A DNA stretch of 64,000 nucleotides from a bacterium (lineage in GTDB: Bacteria > Patescibacteriota > Andersenbacteria > UBA10190 > CAIZMI01), in contig JAUSJG010000008.1 in assembly GCA_030647555.1 (NCBI GenBank), positions 1,467 to 65,466 of the forward strand. Direction: 5' to 3'. Of this stretch, positions 29,458 to 39,501 are shown one piece after another (position 1 is the first letter of the stretch; the number at the start of each line of letters is the position of its first letter). The notes below the pieces were generated by a model. The model had not been told where the DNA came from. It searched no databases and saw only the letters and a list, made by a program, of their open reading frames with translations. Both the position numbers and the translations under genes were made by a program.

Positions 29458-30174
29458 TTACTTTTCGTAACCGTTATGGCCGTGCATAAGACTACTTTGT
29501 TCATCAGATACAATCGTGCCATCTTGCACGCGGATCATTCTTTGGGCATAGCGTGCGGCCGGTGTTTCATGAGTGATAACCAGAATGGTGTGCCCTTGAT
29601 GGTGTAAATTGTCCAATGTTTCCATAACGCTTTTTCCGGATTGTGAGTCGAGGTTGCCGGTGGGTTCGTCCGCCATTAAAACTTTTGGATTATTAACTAA
29701 GGCACGCGCGATGGCCACCCGCTGTTTCTCGCCACCCGATAGTTGAGACGGTCGGTGCTTGAGGCGATGGAGCATATTTACTTTTTCCAACATTGCCAAA
29801 GCTCTTTTTTCGTGTTGATTTTTTGGGATTGACGAATACTGGAGAGGCAATAATACATTTTCCATTACCGTAGAGCGGGCCAGAAGATGAAAAGCCTGAA
29901 AAATAAAACCGATTTGTTCATTGCGAAAGTGCGCGGCGTAAGGTTCATCGAACTTTGTGGTGTCGTGACCGTCAAAAAAATATTTTCCTTCGGATGGTTT
30001 GTCGAGCAGACCCAGAATATGGAGAAGTGTTGATTTTCCCGAACCGGAAGGGCCCATTATAGATACAAATTCGCCTTGGTTGATTGAAAAACTCACACCA
30101 CGTAATGCGAGGGTTGCCACGCCGTCGTCTTGGTATGATTTTTTGACGTCACGAAGCTCGATGAGCGGAGCCAT
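29458..30174 (-). CDS. ABC transporter ATP-binding protein (MacB/LolD-type)
   Basis: [11 protein letters not shown] Walker [16 protein letters not shown] signature. Walker [12 protein letters not shown]. Confidence 0.9.
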   Translation of the reverse strand: MAPLIELRDVKKSYQDDGVATLALRGVSFSINQGEFVSIMGPSGSGKSTLLHILGLLDKPSEGKYFFDGHDTTKFDEPYAAHFRNEQIGFIFQAFHLLARSTVMENVLLPLQYSSIPKNQHEKRALAMLEKVNMLHRLKHRPSQLSGGEKQRVAIARALVNNPKVLMADEPTGNLDSQSGKSVMETLDNLHHQGHTILVITHETPAARYAQRMIRVQDGTIVSDEQSSLMHGHNGYEK

Positions 30175-31502
30175 TATTTTACTGTCGAAACAATAACTTT
30201 ATCACCGGAGTTTAGTCCGCTAACAACTTCAATTGTTCCGTTTGAGCCTAAAAGACCGGTGACAACTTCGCGCTCCGTCTCTGTGCCTTTGGTGTCAACA
30301 ATTTTGACGTATTGTTTTTCATCACGCGTGATAATTGCCCGGCGTTGAACTCCGACAACATTTTCTTTTTTTGCGGCATGTACAATCACGTTGGCCGTTA
30401 AACCCGCTTTTATTTTTTCACTCAAGTTGTCTATTTTGAGACGTATTTCAAATGTTGGCACACCGCCAATCACTTTTGCCGCCGGCGCAACGCGTGTAAC
30501 TGTCGCGGGGTATTGTTCCGTGGAGGGGAAGGCGTCGAATGTTACCGTTGCTTTTTGGTCAACTTTGATCTTCATAGCGTCGGTTTCCGGCACATTCGCC
30601 GTTACTTCCAGTACGCCGTTGCCCTGGATGCTTAAAATGGGTTTCGATGCGCTGGCCAATTCGCCTTCGTTAATATCGCGAGAAGCGATAATGCCGTCAA
30701 AGGGGGCAGTAAGCGTGCTCTTGGCGAGAGCGAGTGCGGCAAGGTTTTCACTCGCCTGAACCGCGGAAAGGCCCGGTGTGTTGAGAGACGCTTGGACGGA
30801 TGCCTGATATTGCGCGCGTGCCAATTCCGCTGTTTTTTGGGAGTCGTAAGTACTGTTTAACAGGGAATCTTTTTGTTCGGAATAAACTTTCTGGGCGTTG
30901 TGATAGGTGGTTTCGGCGCTTAGGACAGTGGAATATTTTGTTTTGGCAGTTGAAGACTCGTCACCGTATTCGTCTCTTGTGGCGTTATAAGCATCGCCTG
31001 CTTGTTCAAAAGCGGCTTTCGCATCTACGACGGCTAAACGGTATTTCAGGATTGTTTTCTCGTTCAATTTCTTCGTGTTCGTGTAGTCCTGTTCCGCTTT
31101 TTGGGAAGAAATCAGGGTTTGGTCTTGCGTGGCGACGCGTTGGGCGCGGGCTTGGGCCAATTGTAATTGAGCGGAACGAACATCTATTTGGGCTAATTTT
31201 TGACCCTTTGTTACAACATCGCCACTATCAACAAAAATATTTTTGACTGTGCCGGCCAGCTCAAACGATAAATCTGAAGAAAGAGGGGATTTTACGTTTC
31301 CAGAAAAACTGACGTCTTGCACGATATCGCCACGCTCGGCCGTGACGGTGCGGGTCACATTAATGGCGGTGCCGTTTCTTCGTCCAAATATTAGATAACC
31401 AATTATCAATAAAACAATTACGACTGTGATACTAGTGTAAATTTTCGTAGATTTTTTCATAGAATATGCGTCCAGTTTATTGTATTTTGTGGTTTTTGCC
31501 AA
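30174..31502 (-). CDS. HlyD/MacA-family periplasmic adaptor subunit
   Basis: N-terminal TM, long coiled-coil hairpin region and C-terminal beta domains. Overlaps the ATPase start. Confidence 0.75.
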   Translation of the reverse strand: MAKTTKYNKLDAYSMKKSTKIYTSITVVIVLLIIGYLIFGRRNGTAINVTRTVTAERGDIVQDVSFSGNVKSPLSSDLSFELAGTVKNIFVDSGDVVTKGQKLAQIDVRSAQLQLAQARAQRVATQDQTLISSQKAEQDYTNTKKLNEKTILKYRLAVVDAKAAFEQAGDAYNATRDEYGDESSTAKTKYSTVLSAETTYHNAQKVYSEQKDSLLNSTYDSQKTAELARAQYQASVQASLNTPGLSAVQASENLAALALAKSTLTAPFDGIIASRDINEGELASASKPILSIQGNGVLEVTANVPETDAMKIKVDQKATVTFDAFPSTEQYPATVTRVAPAAKVIGGVPTFEIRLKIDNLSEKIKAGLTANVIVHAAKKENVVGVQRRAIITRDEKQYVKIVDTKGTETEREVVTGLLGSNGTIEVVSGLNSGDKVIVSTVK

Positions 31503-31537
31503 GAAGAATTTTTTAAAGTAAAATGAGAAGGAAATAA

Positions 31538-32467
31538 ATGAAAAAGATTGTTGCTTTCTTTGTTGTTGCGCTACTCCTTAGTGTTTCTCTGGTTCTGTTT
31601 GCCGCGTCAAAAAGTAAGCCCGTACCAAAGCCGGCACTTGGAAAAATTATTGTTACAGCGAGTTTTTATCCTTTGGCTGAGTTTGCAAAAAGAATTGGTG
31701 GAGATTACATCGACGTTGTAAATATTACGCCCGCAGGTGTGGAAGCGCATGATTATGAACCAACTCCACGTGATATCGCGGCAATAAGAGTTTCGAAAGT
31801 TTTCCTTTATCAGGGTGCCGGATTTGATCCTTGGGCGGAACGAGTGGCACAAGACTTAAAAGGAACCGACGTAAAGGCGGTGAATATTACTGATCAGTTT
31901 GATTTAAAATCGGTTATCGGTGAAGGAGTCACCGCGAAAGACCCTCACGTGTGGCTGGATCCTGTTTTGGCACAAAAAGAGGTGTTGAAAATTCGTGACG
32001 CGATAATAAGTGTTTTTCCGCAATATTCCGATCGTTTTAACCAAAACGCGGACGCATTTATTGTGAAATTGGTGGCATTGGACACCTTTATTCGTAAGTC
32101 GTTAACCGGTTGCGCACTTTCCGATATAATTGTTTCTCATCAGGCTTTTAGTTATTTCTCCAGCCGTTATGGAATAAACGAGACGGCGATTTCCGGAATT
32201 TCTCCCGAAGAAGAACCGTCCGCGCAAAGACTCGGAGAAGTGGCACAGTTGGCAAAAGAAAAAAATATTAAAACAATTTTCTTTGAGACATTGGCAAGCC
32301 CCAAACTTGCCGAAACGGTTGCCAAGGAAGCGGGATTAACGACGTTGGTTCTTAATCCTTTGGAGGGATTAATTCCGGAAGAAATCAGTTCCGGCAAAGA
32401 CTACTTGTCGGTTATGGCAGATAACGTGCATAATTTACAGCAAGCGTTGCAATGTCTGAACCAATAA
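31538..32467 (+). CDS. znuA: metal (Zn/Mn) ABC transporter substrate-binding protein, ZnuA/TroA family
   Basis: Signal peptide. HDYEP and DPHVWLDP metal-site motifs. Confidence 0.8.
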   Translation: MKKIVAFFVVALLLSVSLVLFAASKSKPVPKPALGKIIVTASFYPLAEFAKRIGGDYIDVVNITPAGVEAHDYEPTPRDIAAIRVSKVFLYQGAGFDPWAERVAQDLKGTDVKAVNITDQFDLKSVIGEGVTAKDPHVWLDPVLAQKEVLKIRDAIISVFPQYSDRFNQNADAFIVKLVALDTFIRKSLTGCALSDIIVSHQAFSYFSSRYGINETAISGISPEEEPSAQRLGEVAQLAKEKNIKTIFFETLASPKLAETVAKEAGLTTLVLNPLEGLIPEEISSGKDYLSVMADNVHNLQQALQCLNQ

Positions 32468-33222
32468 TCAAAGTTCAAAAATTAAATTTCCAATATCTTG
32501 GGGAGCAGGTTTTACGTAACTTGTCGTTTTCTATTGATGCCGGTGAATATCTGGGAATTATCGGGCCAAACGGGGGTGGTAAAACAACGTTGGTAAAAAT
32601 TTTGTTGGGATTGCTTAAGCCGACTTCCGGTCAGGTGGTAATGTTCGATCAGACTTTAGAAAATTTTCATGATTTTAATCGCCTTGGGTATGTGCCCCAA
32701 AGAATTTCGCATACCGATAGTGGGTTTCCGGCAACCGTTAATGAAATTGTTTTTAGCGGGCGCACCGCCGATAAGCATCCGTTTTATCGTGTTACTGCCG
32801 AAGATAAAAGAGTTGTCGAAGAGGTAATGAAGGTAACGGAAATAAACAGCTATCGTCATCGGTTAATTGGTAACTTATCCGGCGGGGAAAGACAGCGGGT
32901 ATTTATCGCGCGTGCCTTGGCTTCAGATCCGGAAATACTGATTTTAGATGAACCGACGGTCGGTGTGGATGCGATGGCACAAAAGCAATTTTATTCGTTT
33001 CTAAAAGTGCTTAATAAAACACGGGGAATCACGATTCTGTTTATCACTCATGATTTGGAAATGATCGCAAGGGAAGCCACTAAAGTGCTTTGTTTGAATC
33101 ATAATTTGGTTTGTTATGGTGATCCGTCTGCCGCTTTGGATGACAAAGTTTTACTTGATATGTATCAGACAGACATGAAACACGTTCACGATCATTCACA
33201 CGAAAACGACCAACATGCTTGA
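32452..33222 (+). CDS. znuC: metal ABC transporter ATP-binding protein
   Basis: GPNGGGKTTL, LSGGERQRVFIARAL and ILILDEPTVGVD motifs. Confidence 0.85.
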   Translation: MSEPIIKVQKLNFQYLGEQVLRNLSFSIDAGEYLGIIGPNGGGKTTLVKILLGLLKPTSGQVVMFDQTLENFHDFNRLGYVPQRISHTDSGFPATVNEIVFSGRTADKHPFYRVTAEDKRVVEEVMKVTEINSYRHRLIGNLSGGERQRVFIARALASDPEILILDEPTVGVDAMAQKQFYSFLKVLNKTRGITILFITHDLEMIAREATKVLCLNHNLVCYGDPSAALDDKVLLDMYQTDMKHVHDHSHENDQHA

Positions 33223-34015
33223 TTTGTTCCAGTATGACTTTATGATTCGCGCTTTCATTGCCGGTATTGCCGTGGCCTTGGTGGCGCCAACGATTGGAAC
33301 ATTTCTTGTTGTGCGTCGGTATTCACTTATGGCGGACACTTTGGCGCACGTGTCTTTGGTTGGAGTGGCGATTGGTTTGGTCACGAAAACTCAACCGGTA
33401 CTGATGGCGATTGTGGCGGCAATAATCGCGGCGGTTTTTATTGAAAAATTGCGCGGTACCAAGCGGGTTTTTGGGGAATCGATTTTGGCACTGTTTCTTT
33501 CCGGTAGTTTGGCAATTGCCAGCGTGATTATCAGCGCGGCGGGCGGGTTTAATATGAGCCTGCTAAATTTTCTCTTTGGCAGTATTACTACCGTCACGCA
33601 ATTGGATGTTTACGTTATCGTCGCGATGAGTTTGGTGATTTTGTTTACCATATTTGTTTTCTTCAATAAGTTTTTCCTGGTGTCGTTTGATGAGGAGTTG
33701 GCGCGCACAGATGGAATTCGCGCAAAAGCATATAGCACGTTATTGGTGGTATTGGCCGCCGTTACCGTTGCTTTATCAATGCGGATTGTCGGAGTGTTGC
33801 TCATTGGTGCCTTGATGGTAATTCCGGTGATCACCGCGATTCAGTTTAGTCGTGGTTTCCGTGCCACAATACTGCTTAGTATCGCCACCTCATTCATGTC
33901 GGTTGTCGTTGGTTTATTAACTTCTTATTATTTCAGTCTCGCCAGTGGTGGAACGATTGTCGTGGTGGCCTTGCTTTTGTTTTTATTAAGTATTGTTTTT
34001 AATAAGAAAACATAA
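33215..34015 (+). CDS. znuB: metal ABC transporter permease
   Basis: 8-TM ABC-3 family pattern. Confidence 0.8.
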   Translation: MLDLFQYDFMIRAFIAGIAVALVAPTIGTFLVVRRYSLMADTLAHVSLVGVAIGLVTKTQPVLMAIVAAIIAAVFIEKLRGTKRVFGESILALFLSGSLAIASVIISAAGGFNMSLLNFLFGSITTVTQLDVYVIVAMSLVILFTIFVFFNKFFLVSFDEELARTDGIRAKAYSTLLVVLAAVTVALSMRIVGVLLIGALMVIPVITAIQFSRGFRATILLSIATSFMSVVVGLLTSYYFSLASGGTIVVVALLLFLLSIVFNKKT

Positions 34016-34022
34016 ATAAGTT

Positions 34023-35267
34023 ATGTGCGATTTCATGCAGTGTGTGTCGGCGAGACCAGACGTTAAAACAGTCCCAACTTTGGAATGGACAGTTTTAACG
34101 TCTGGTCTCGCTTTTTACTGCAGTGTAATTAGGGGGATCATTATTGTTTCCATTATTTTCCTTTTCCCGGCGGGGGCTTTCGCGGCCAGTCCCTTGTTGG
34201 ATCAAGTTTCTGTTGGCACGGTACAGATCAAAAAACAAATGGCGAAAAATTTCGTTTTAGACGCTGACGGTAAAAAATTCACCGTACCGGTAAAAACATT
34301 GAAAAATTTTGTTTCCATGATCGAAGCAGGTGATAATACAATGATAAAACTTAAGGCTTGGCACATTTATGATTTTTTAAATGTATATGTATCTCCAAAC
34401 GTGAATGATGAGGGCGCGAACGCGCGTTTTGTTATGAAAAACGGGACGTGGGTTTTTAGCGCGCCCGGGCGAGAAGGGAAAATTGTTGATGGGGTAAAGA
34501 CTTCATTGGCGATTCGCAGTGCATTAGCGTCAGGAAAAAGTATGGCCAAAGTTTCGATGAAAAAATACCTGCCCCCGATTACATCGGAGAAGGAGTTTAA
34601 GAAATTGGGTTTAAACACGATTATCGCGGAAGGCACCACGAATTTTGGCGGGAGTCCTGCTAATCGCGTTAAAAATATTACGGTTGGTCGGGATAAATTA
34701 CAGGGAATACTGATTGCTCCGAATGCTGAATTTTCTTTGGTAAAAACACTAGGTTCAATCACAAAAGAAACAGGTTTTTTTCCGGAACTTGTTATTAAAG
34801 AGAATGTCACAGTTCCGGAATATGGCGGGGGATTATGCCAAATCTCCACAACCCTCTTTAGAGCAATTGTTGCCGGTGGGTTCAATGTCACGGAACGTCG
34901 CAATCATGCTTATCCGGTTAAATATTACGGAACACCGGGATTCGATGCCACTATTTATTCACCGCGTCCGGATTTGCGGTTTATCAATAATACCGGTAAT
35001 TGGTTGATATTGCAGGGTTTAATCGCGGGTAATAAATTAACTTTTCAAATTTACGGCAAGCCGGATGGACGTAAGGTAAAAATCGATGGGCCGCATGTGA
35101 TAGAGAAAAAACCCGATGGTTCGCTTAAAACATTATTACGTGAGGTTGTTCTTGATAAAAATGGAAAAGAAATATTAAATAAACTTTTCCCAAGTTCATA
35201 TAAATCGCCCGACCTTTTTCCTATTACCAGGAAAGAAAATGGGGAAAGTGGTACTATTAAGCCATGA
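34023..35267 (+). CDS. VanW-family protein (true start probably downstream of the terminator hairpin, around 34120-34130)
   Basis: YGGGLCQISTTLFRAIVAGG...ERRNHAYPVKYY is the VanW core. N-terminal TM. The first ~30 listed codons coincide with the znu terminator. Confidence 0.65.
   Translation: MCDFMQCVSARPDVKTVPTLEWTVLTSGLAFYCSVIRGIIIVSIIFLFPAGAFAASPLLDQVSVGTVQIKKQMAKNFVLDADGKKFTVPVKTLKNFVSMIEAGDNTMIKLKAWHIYDFLNVYVSPNVNDEGANARFVMKNGTWVFSAPGREGKIVDGVKTSLAIRSALASGKSMAKVSMKKYLPPITSEKEFKKLGLNTIIAEGTTNFGGSPANRVKNITVGRDKLQGILIAPNAEFSLVKTLGSITKETGFFPELVIKENVTVPEYGGGLCQISTTLFRAIVAGGFNVTERRNHAYPVKYYGTPGFDATIYSPRPDLRFINNTGNWLILQGLIAGNKLTFQIYGKPDGRKVKIDGPHVIEKKPDGSLKTLLREVVLDKNGKEILNKLFPSSYKSPDLFPITRKENGESGTIKP
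34049..34116 (+). terminator. perfect 26-bp-stem hairpin plus T-run terminating the znu operon
   Basis: gcgagaccagacgttaaaacagtccc aactttggaa tgggacagttttaacgtctggtctcgc followed by ttttt. Confidence 0.65.
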
Positions 35268-36157
35268 AAAAAATACTTCTAGTAGTAATTGCGATAGTGG
35301 TCATCCTGGGGGGTGCTTTATTTCTTTATGCAAAGAGGTTTACTCCGGAGCAAAGATTGCAGGCGGCGTTTGTGAATTTGGTTAAAGCGGTGAATGGTCA
35401 TTTGCAGGCGAAGGTGGACATCAAGACTGATCCGGCAACATCAGCGACGCTTTCGGAATTTAAAATAGATACGGATGGTAATTTCCAAAAAGGAAACGGT
35501 GGTCAATTAGACCTTGATTCCAGTGTTGTTGTCGAGGGTTCGATGACAGGAGCTTCGGTGATTGGAAAAGGCGCAGTTCGTTTGGTTGGTGGAAAATTGT
35601 TTTATAAGTTAGATGAAATTCCAGTTGCCTTAGCTGACATTACTTCCATTCGTGGCAAATGGCTTCCCGGTACAACAAATATTAACCTGCTTCCGGATGC
35701 TGCACGCGCGAATATGGTAGTATTATTTCAGAAACCGCAACTTTTTACGTCTATTAAACAGATTGGTAAAGAAAAAGTTGGGACCACAAACACAACGCAT
35801 TTTCAAACAATCTTCTCGGCGAGCGGTTATGCCAGTTTTGTCGAGGAATTTTCTAAATTGTCCGGTAATGCAACACCCGTGAGTAAAGCTGATTTGGAAA
35901 ATGGTGTGAAGGCGTTAAACAATGTTCCGTTTGATGTTTGGCTCGATTCAGGAAACAAATTACGCAAAGTCGCTGTGTCTTATATAAATCCGCAAAATAA
36001 GGCGAACGTGAGTATTGAATTGTTGCTGACAAACTTTGTTGGAAAAGATAAAATCGCCGAACCGGCACAATCGGAACAAATCACACCCGCCCCGGCAACA
36101 CCAGTCGCTTCAGTGGCTCCGATTGTATCGCCTGTCGCAACACCAGCAACAAAATAA
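35264..36157 (+). CDS. hypothetical secreted or membrane-anchored protein with Pro/Ala/Thr-rich C-terminus
   Basis: N-terminal TM. The start overlaps the vanW stop. Confidence 0.5.
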   Translation: MKKILLVVIAIVVILGGALFLYAKRFTPEQRLQAAFVNLVKAVNGHLQAKVDIKTDPATSATLSEFKIDTDGNFQKGNGGQLDLDSSVVVEGSMTGASVIGKGAVRLVGGKLFYKLDEIPVALADITSIRGKWLPGTTNINLLPDAARANMVVLFQKPQLFTSIKQIGKEKVGTTNTTHFQTIFSASGYASFVEEFSKLSGNATPVSKADLENGVKALNNVPFDVWLDSGNKLRKVAVSYINPQNKANVSIELLLTNFVGKDKIAEPAQSEQITPAPATPVASVAPIVSPVATPATK

Positions 36158-36319
36158 AAATATTTAAGCAGTTGTTATTTTGGTTGATTCCTTTAATGGA
36201 TCATCCTAAATTTGGATTTGATTAAAAGTGTTTGTCAGATATTTTTAAGTAAAAAAAGGAACCCTTATCGCATTCTCGAAAGAGAAAGGGGTTCAACGGG
36301 AATCGATCCAGATTCCTGA

Positions 36320-36757
36320 CTACATTTGTCGGTAGTCGCGATGGCGGTGCGGCTGCATGCAGTGAAGGCTGTACGTCCAGCCGTCGGCGTCGGATGCATA
36401 GATGGTGAAGTCGTCCTTCGGCGGATCAAGCACCATATTTCTGACCAACGTGCTCTGGTCCGAATTCACCCTGCATTCGCACAACACCCGCTCGTACCCG
36501 CCTTGGTAAACACCGTGGATCACGAGTACTCCGTCGTCTCGGATCTCCAGGTACGGCTTTACCAAAGGAGAGACGGTGAAACTGACGTTACACCCTTCAC
36601 TTTGGAACAACAGCGGGTCGGAGTGTTCGTGAGCGATGTCCCATTGCTCAAACATTCGCTTGCGCACCATCTCCGCTTGGTTCGCGCACTGCTTGGGCGC
36701 ATAGAGGCTGAGCGACCACAATGCAACGCGGCGCGAATAAGTGTGGGTGGACTGCAT
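36320..36757 (-). CDS. hypothetical protein in GC-rich islet (strand assignment uncertain; a 159-aa ORF also exists on the + strand)
   Basis: Local GC is about 58%. The minus-strand ATG at 36757 is preceded by an aaaggaaaa RBS. Confidence 0.3.
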   Translation of the reverse strand: MQSTHTYSRRVALWSLSLYAPKQCANQAEMVRKRMFEQWDIAHEHSDPLLFQSEGCNVSFTVSPLVKPYLEIRDDGVLVIHGVYQGGYERVLCECRVNSDQSTLVRNMVLDPPKDDFTIYASDADGWTYSLHCMQPHRHRDYRQM

Positions 36758-36955
36758 GACTTTTCCTTTCAAAGAACGGGGGGGGTGGAACAATTACCTG
36801 ATTAAACAAGAGATAATTCTACTCCTTTTTTCAGTTTTTGTCAATAGTTGCTGATTTTGGTGTTAAAAATTGGCTAATGATAAGCAAAAGGTGTCAGGTA
36901 CTTTTTGTCGAACAAAAAGTACCTGACACCCTACGTTTTACGCTATACTTATCCA

Positions 36956-37966
36956 ATGGACACAAACATCATCTTTGGAATTATTATCGGCGCGTTGATC
37001 GGGGCAGTTATAATGCTGGTTTTGGCGCGCAAAAAAGGAAATGATCGCACAGCGGAACAAAATCTGATGGATCGTTTTGATAAATTTCAACGCCAGGTGG
37101 AGGCACGGCTGGATTCATCTAAGGAGTTTTTGGCCGAGCGAGTAAATGCCACAGAACGAACGGCGCGGGAACTTTCGCAGCATTTTGGACATTTACGGGA
37201 AGCATCACAGCACATATTGCGAACCAATACCGAGATTTTGGATTTTCAAAAAATGCTCGCTTCACCGTCGGCGCGCGGTGGTTTCGGCGAAATGCTTTTG
37301 GAATCTTTACTGCGAGACATTCTTCCGCAAGACCGTTATGAATTGCAATATACTTTATCATCGGGCGATCGTGCCGACGCGGTTTTGAAATTGCAAGATG
37401 GTTACATTGTTGCAGTCGACGCAAAATTTCCGCTCGCTTGGTACGAACCATTGGTGCACGCATCGGACGAGCAAGAACATTTGGAAGCGTATCGCGCCTT
37501 TTCGGCGGATGTAAAAAAACACGCCAAAGATATTGCCAATAAATATATTCACGAACAAGATCGGACGCTTTCATTCGCATTTATGTATATTCCGACCGAG
37601 GGTGTTTATTACGAAATCGTCCGCAATCCGGAACTTTGGAACGCGATTACGGCTCTCAAGGTTTATCCTGTTTCACCGAATTCTTTTGTGCCGTACATGT
37701 ACACCGTTTTGGTGGGCTTAAAGGGTATGCAAATCGAAAAAGAAGCAAAACATATTTTGGAGTTACTTGGAAAATTACAAAAAGATTTTACCCGCGTGGA
37801 TACGGAATTTGGAAAAGTGGGCGCGCACCTTGAACAGGCCTTGCATCGCCATGAAGACGCGGAAAAGATTTTTTCCCGGTTGAAGGGGAAGGTAGAAGGA
37901 TTGAGTACCGGTTCACAGGCAGAAGTTTTGGATTCCGGCGAAGAAATAAAACCGGAAGAAGTATAA
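36956..37966 (+). CDS. rmuC: DNA recombination protein RmuC
   Basis: N-terminal TM, coiled coil and the RmuC nuclease-like C-terminus FAFMYIPTEGVYYEI. Confidence 0.8.
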   Translation: MDTNIIFGIIIGALIGAVIMLVLARKKGNDRTAEQNLMDRFDKFQRQVEARLDSSKEFLAERVNATERTARELSQHFGHLREASQHILRTNTEILDFQKMLASPSARGGFGEMLLESLLRDILPQDRYELQYTLSSGDRADAVLKLQDGYIVAVDAKFPLAWYEPLVHASDEQEHLEAYRAFSADVKKHAKDIANKYIHEQDRTLSFAFMYIPTEGVYYEIVRNPELWNAITALKVYPVSPNSFVPYMYTVLVGLKGMQIEKEAKHILELLGKLQKDFTRVDTEFGKVGAHLEQALHRHEDAEKIFSRLKGKVEGLSTGSQAEVLDSGEEIKPEEV

Positions 37967-37987
37967 AAAAACCGCTCACGTGAGCGG
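37964..37987 (-). terminator. hairpin plus T-run on minus strand (terminator for 37993..38391; may also serve rmuC)
   Basis: ccgctcacgtgagcgg preceded by aaaaaaa on the + strand, which is a T-run on the minus strand. Confidence 0.5.
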
Positions 37988-37992
37988 AGACC

Positions 37993-38391
37993 CTAGGCGG
38001 CCAGAAATTTGCGATACTGACTTCGTCGATAGACCATGTACCATCTCTGATCGTAAGTTGTCAGTGCGTTGTCAGTTAGGCGGTAGGCAGTGACACGGAG
38101 GCTGGAAAACTTCTCGTGTTTCCGGCTTATGCGCTTTACATATCCAGCGACGATCAAGGAATTCAGAATCTGCTGGAGTTTATCCTTGCGAAGAAGGAAA
38201 TCAGATCGTCGAAATTCACTGATCAGTTCGCCTATTGAAAGGCATGTTCCTCGCGGGGAGAGTTTCTCGATGATATACTTTTCGATTGAAAAATAGGTTA
38301 GAAAGTTTCTTCTGATCCGGTCGAAGATCAACGTTACAACGGAAACGAGCACAAAGGTTGCGCAAAACACTTGCAGGGTTGACATGATCAA
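37993..38391 (-). CDS. hypothetical membrane-anchored winged-helix-like protein
   Basis: N-terminal TM, then LSIGELISEF...LNSLIVAGYVKRISRK, a wHTH-like segment. Confidence 0.35.
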   Translation of the reverse strand: MIMSTLQVFCATFVLVSVVTLIFDRIRRNFLTYFSIEKYIIEKLSPRGTCLSIGELISEFRRSDFLLRKDKLQQILNSLIVAGYVKRISRKHEKFSSLRVTAYRLTDNALTTYDQRWYMVYRRSQYRKFLAA

Positions 38392-38519
38392 ATCCTTCGT
38401 CAGAAATGAGGAAAGTTGGAAAGAAAGAACAAAGACCTATTTTACTCAATGTCGGGTAAAAGTCAAAATTAGGTGCTTGCCTATTGCCTTAACGAGGACT
38501 TTTCTTTACATTCAGCCTT

Positions 38520-39308
38520 ATGCAACTCCCGGAACGTGCTAGAGAAGTAATTGAGGGTTTGGATCAAACACGTGGTCTATTTTATAACGTTGGTCGGCCG
38601 ACGGCGGAGTTATTGTATGTTTTTGCTAAATTGCTTCGGCCAAAGCGTGTTGTGGAAGTGGGAACGGCTAATGGGTACTCCTCGATTATTTTGGGGTCTG
38701 CGGTTAAGGATATTGGCGGTTCAGTTATTACAATTGAGCGAAACGGTCGAATGGCGGAAAACGCGCAAAAAAATATCTTTTCTGCCGGGCTACAAGACGT
38801 AGTCACGGTTCTTCCCGGGAGCGCGTATAAGATATTGGATCGTTTATCGGGACCATTTGGTATGGTTTTTTTGGACGCGACCAAACAGGAATATCTTGGT
38901 TACTTTGAACGTGTAAAAAATAAAATTTCACCCAATGGTTTATTGATTGCCGATAATGTGGTTTCGCATGAACAAGAGTTGGGCGATTTTATGCGAGAGG
39001 TGAGTGGTGATAATAATTTTTCGTCCTCAATTTTGCCATTTGGAAGTGGGCTAATGATTGCTACGAGAAACCCTGTCAAAGAGCCTGTAGAGAAAAAACA
39101 TATTTCGGATATGGGTGAATTGGTAAAACAAATCGGACCAAGGATATTTCAAGGCACGGCACGTGACGTGCAAAACGGGAAAATCTTTCTTAAAAATTTG
39201 TACGACAAAACAAATAATGATATTCATTTAAAGCAAGAATCGGCGGACGATTTGGATGGTTACGAAGAAGCACTTTTTGAGGAAGAGAGTAAACTTCCGG
39301 AGTTGTAA
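38520..39308 (+). CDS. class I SAM-dependent O-methyltransferase (family 3, caffeoyl-CoA OMT/YrrM-like) with C-terminal extension
   Basis: VVEVGTANGYSSIILG, FGMVFLDATKQEY and GLLIADNVV motifs. Confidence 0.8.
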   Translation: MQLPERAREVIEGLDQTRGLFYNVGRPTAELLYVFAKLLRPKRVVEVGTANGYSSIILGSAVKDIGGSVITIERNGRMAENAQKNIFSAGLQDVVTVLPGSAYKILDRLSGPFGMVFLDATKQEYLGYFERVKNKISPNGLLIADNVVSHEQELGDFMREVSGDNNFSSSILPFGSGLMIATRNPVKEPVEKKHISDMGELVKQIGPRIFQGTARDVQNGKIFLKNLYDKTNNDIHLKQESADDLDGYEEALFEEESKLPEL

Positions 39309-39357
39309 TTATATTTTTGGACACTTGCACTGAATAAGAACAGACAAATTTATTCTT

Positions 39358-39496
39358 AAAAAATTTTCAATGATCAATTCCCAATTTTCAATTAATTATC
39401 AAACGACTTAATTATCAATTGACGACGTCGCCTTTTGATAATTTAAGAATTGGTCATTAATTGATAATTGACCATTGAAAATTGATAATTATCAAG
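39358..39496. mobile_element. MITE-like element, family 2, copy c
   Basis: aaaattttcaatgatcaattcccaattttcaat ... attgataattgaccattgaaaattgataatt. Centre cgacgtcg. Confidence 0.65.
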
Positions 39497-39501
39497 TTAA
39501 T

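Noticed and set aside
36326-36805. 159-aa plus-strand ORF overlapping the minus-strand ORF in the GC-rich islet
   Set aside because: High-GC DNA yields long ORFs on both strands. Only the minus-strand frame has a plausible RBS and ATG, and neither frame has recognisable motifs. Reported once, with low confidence.
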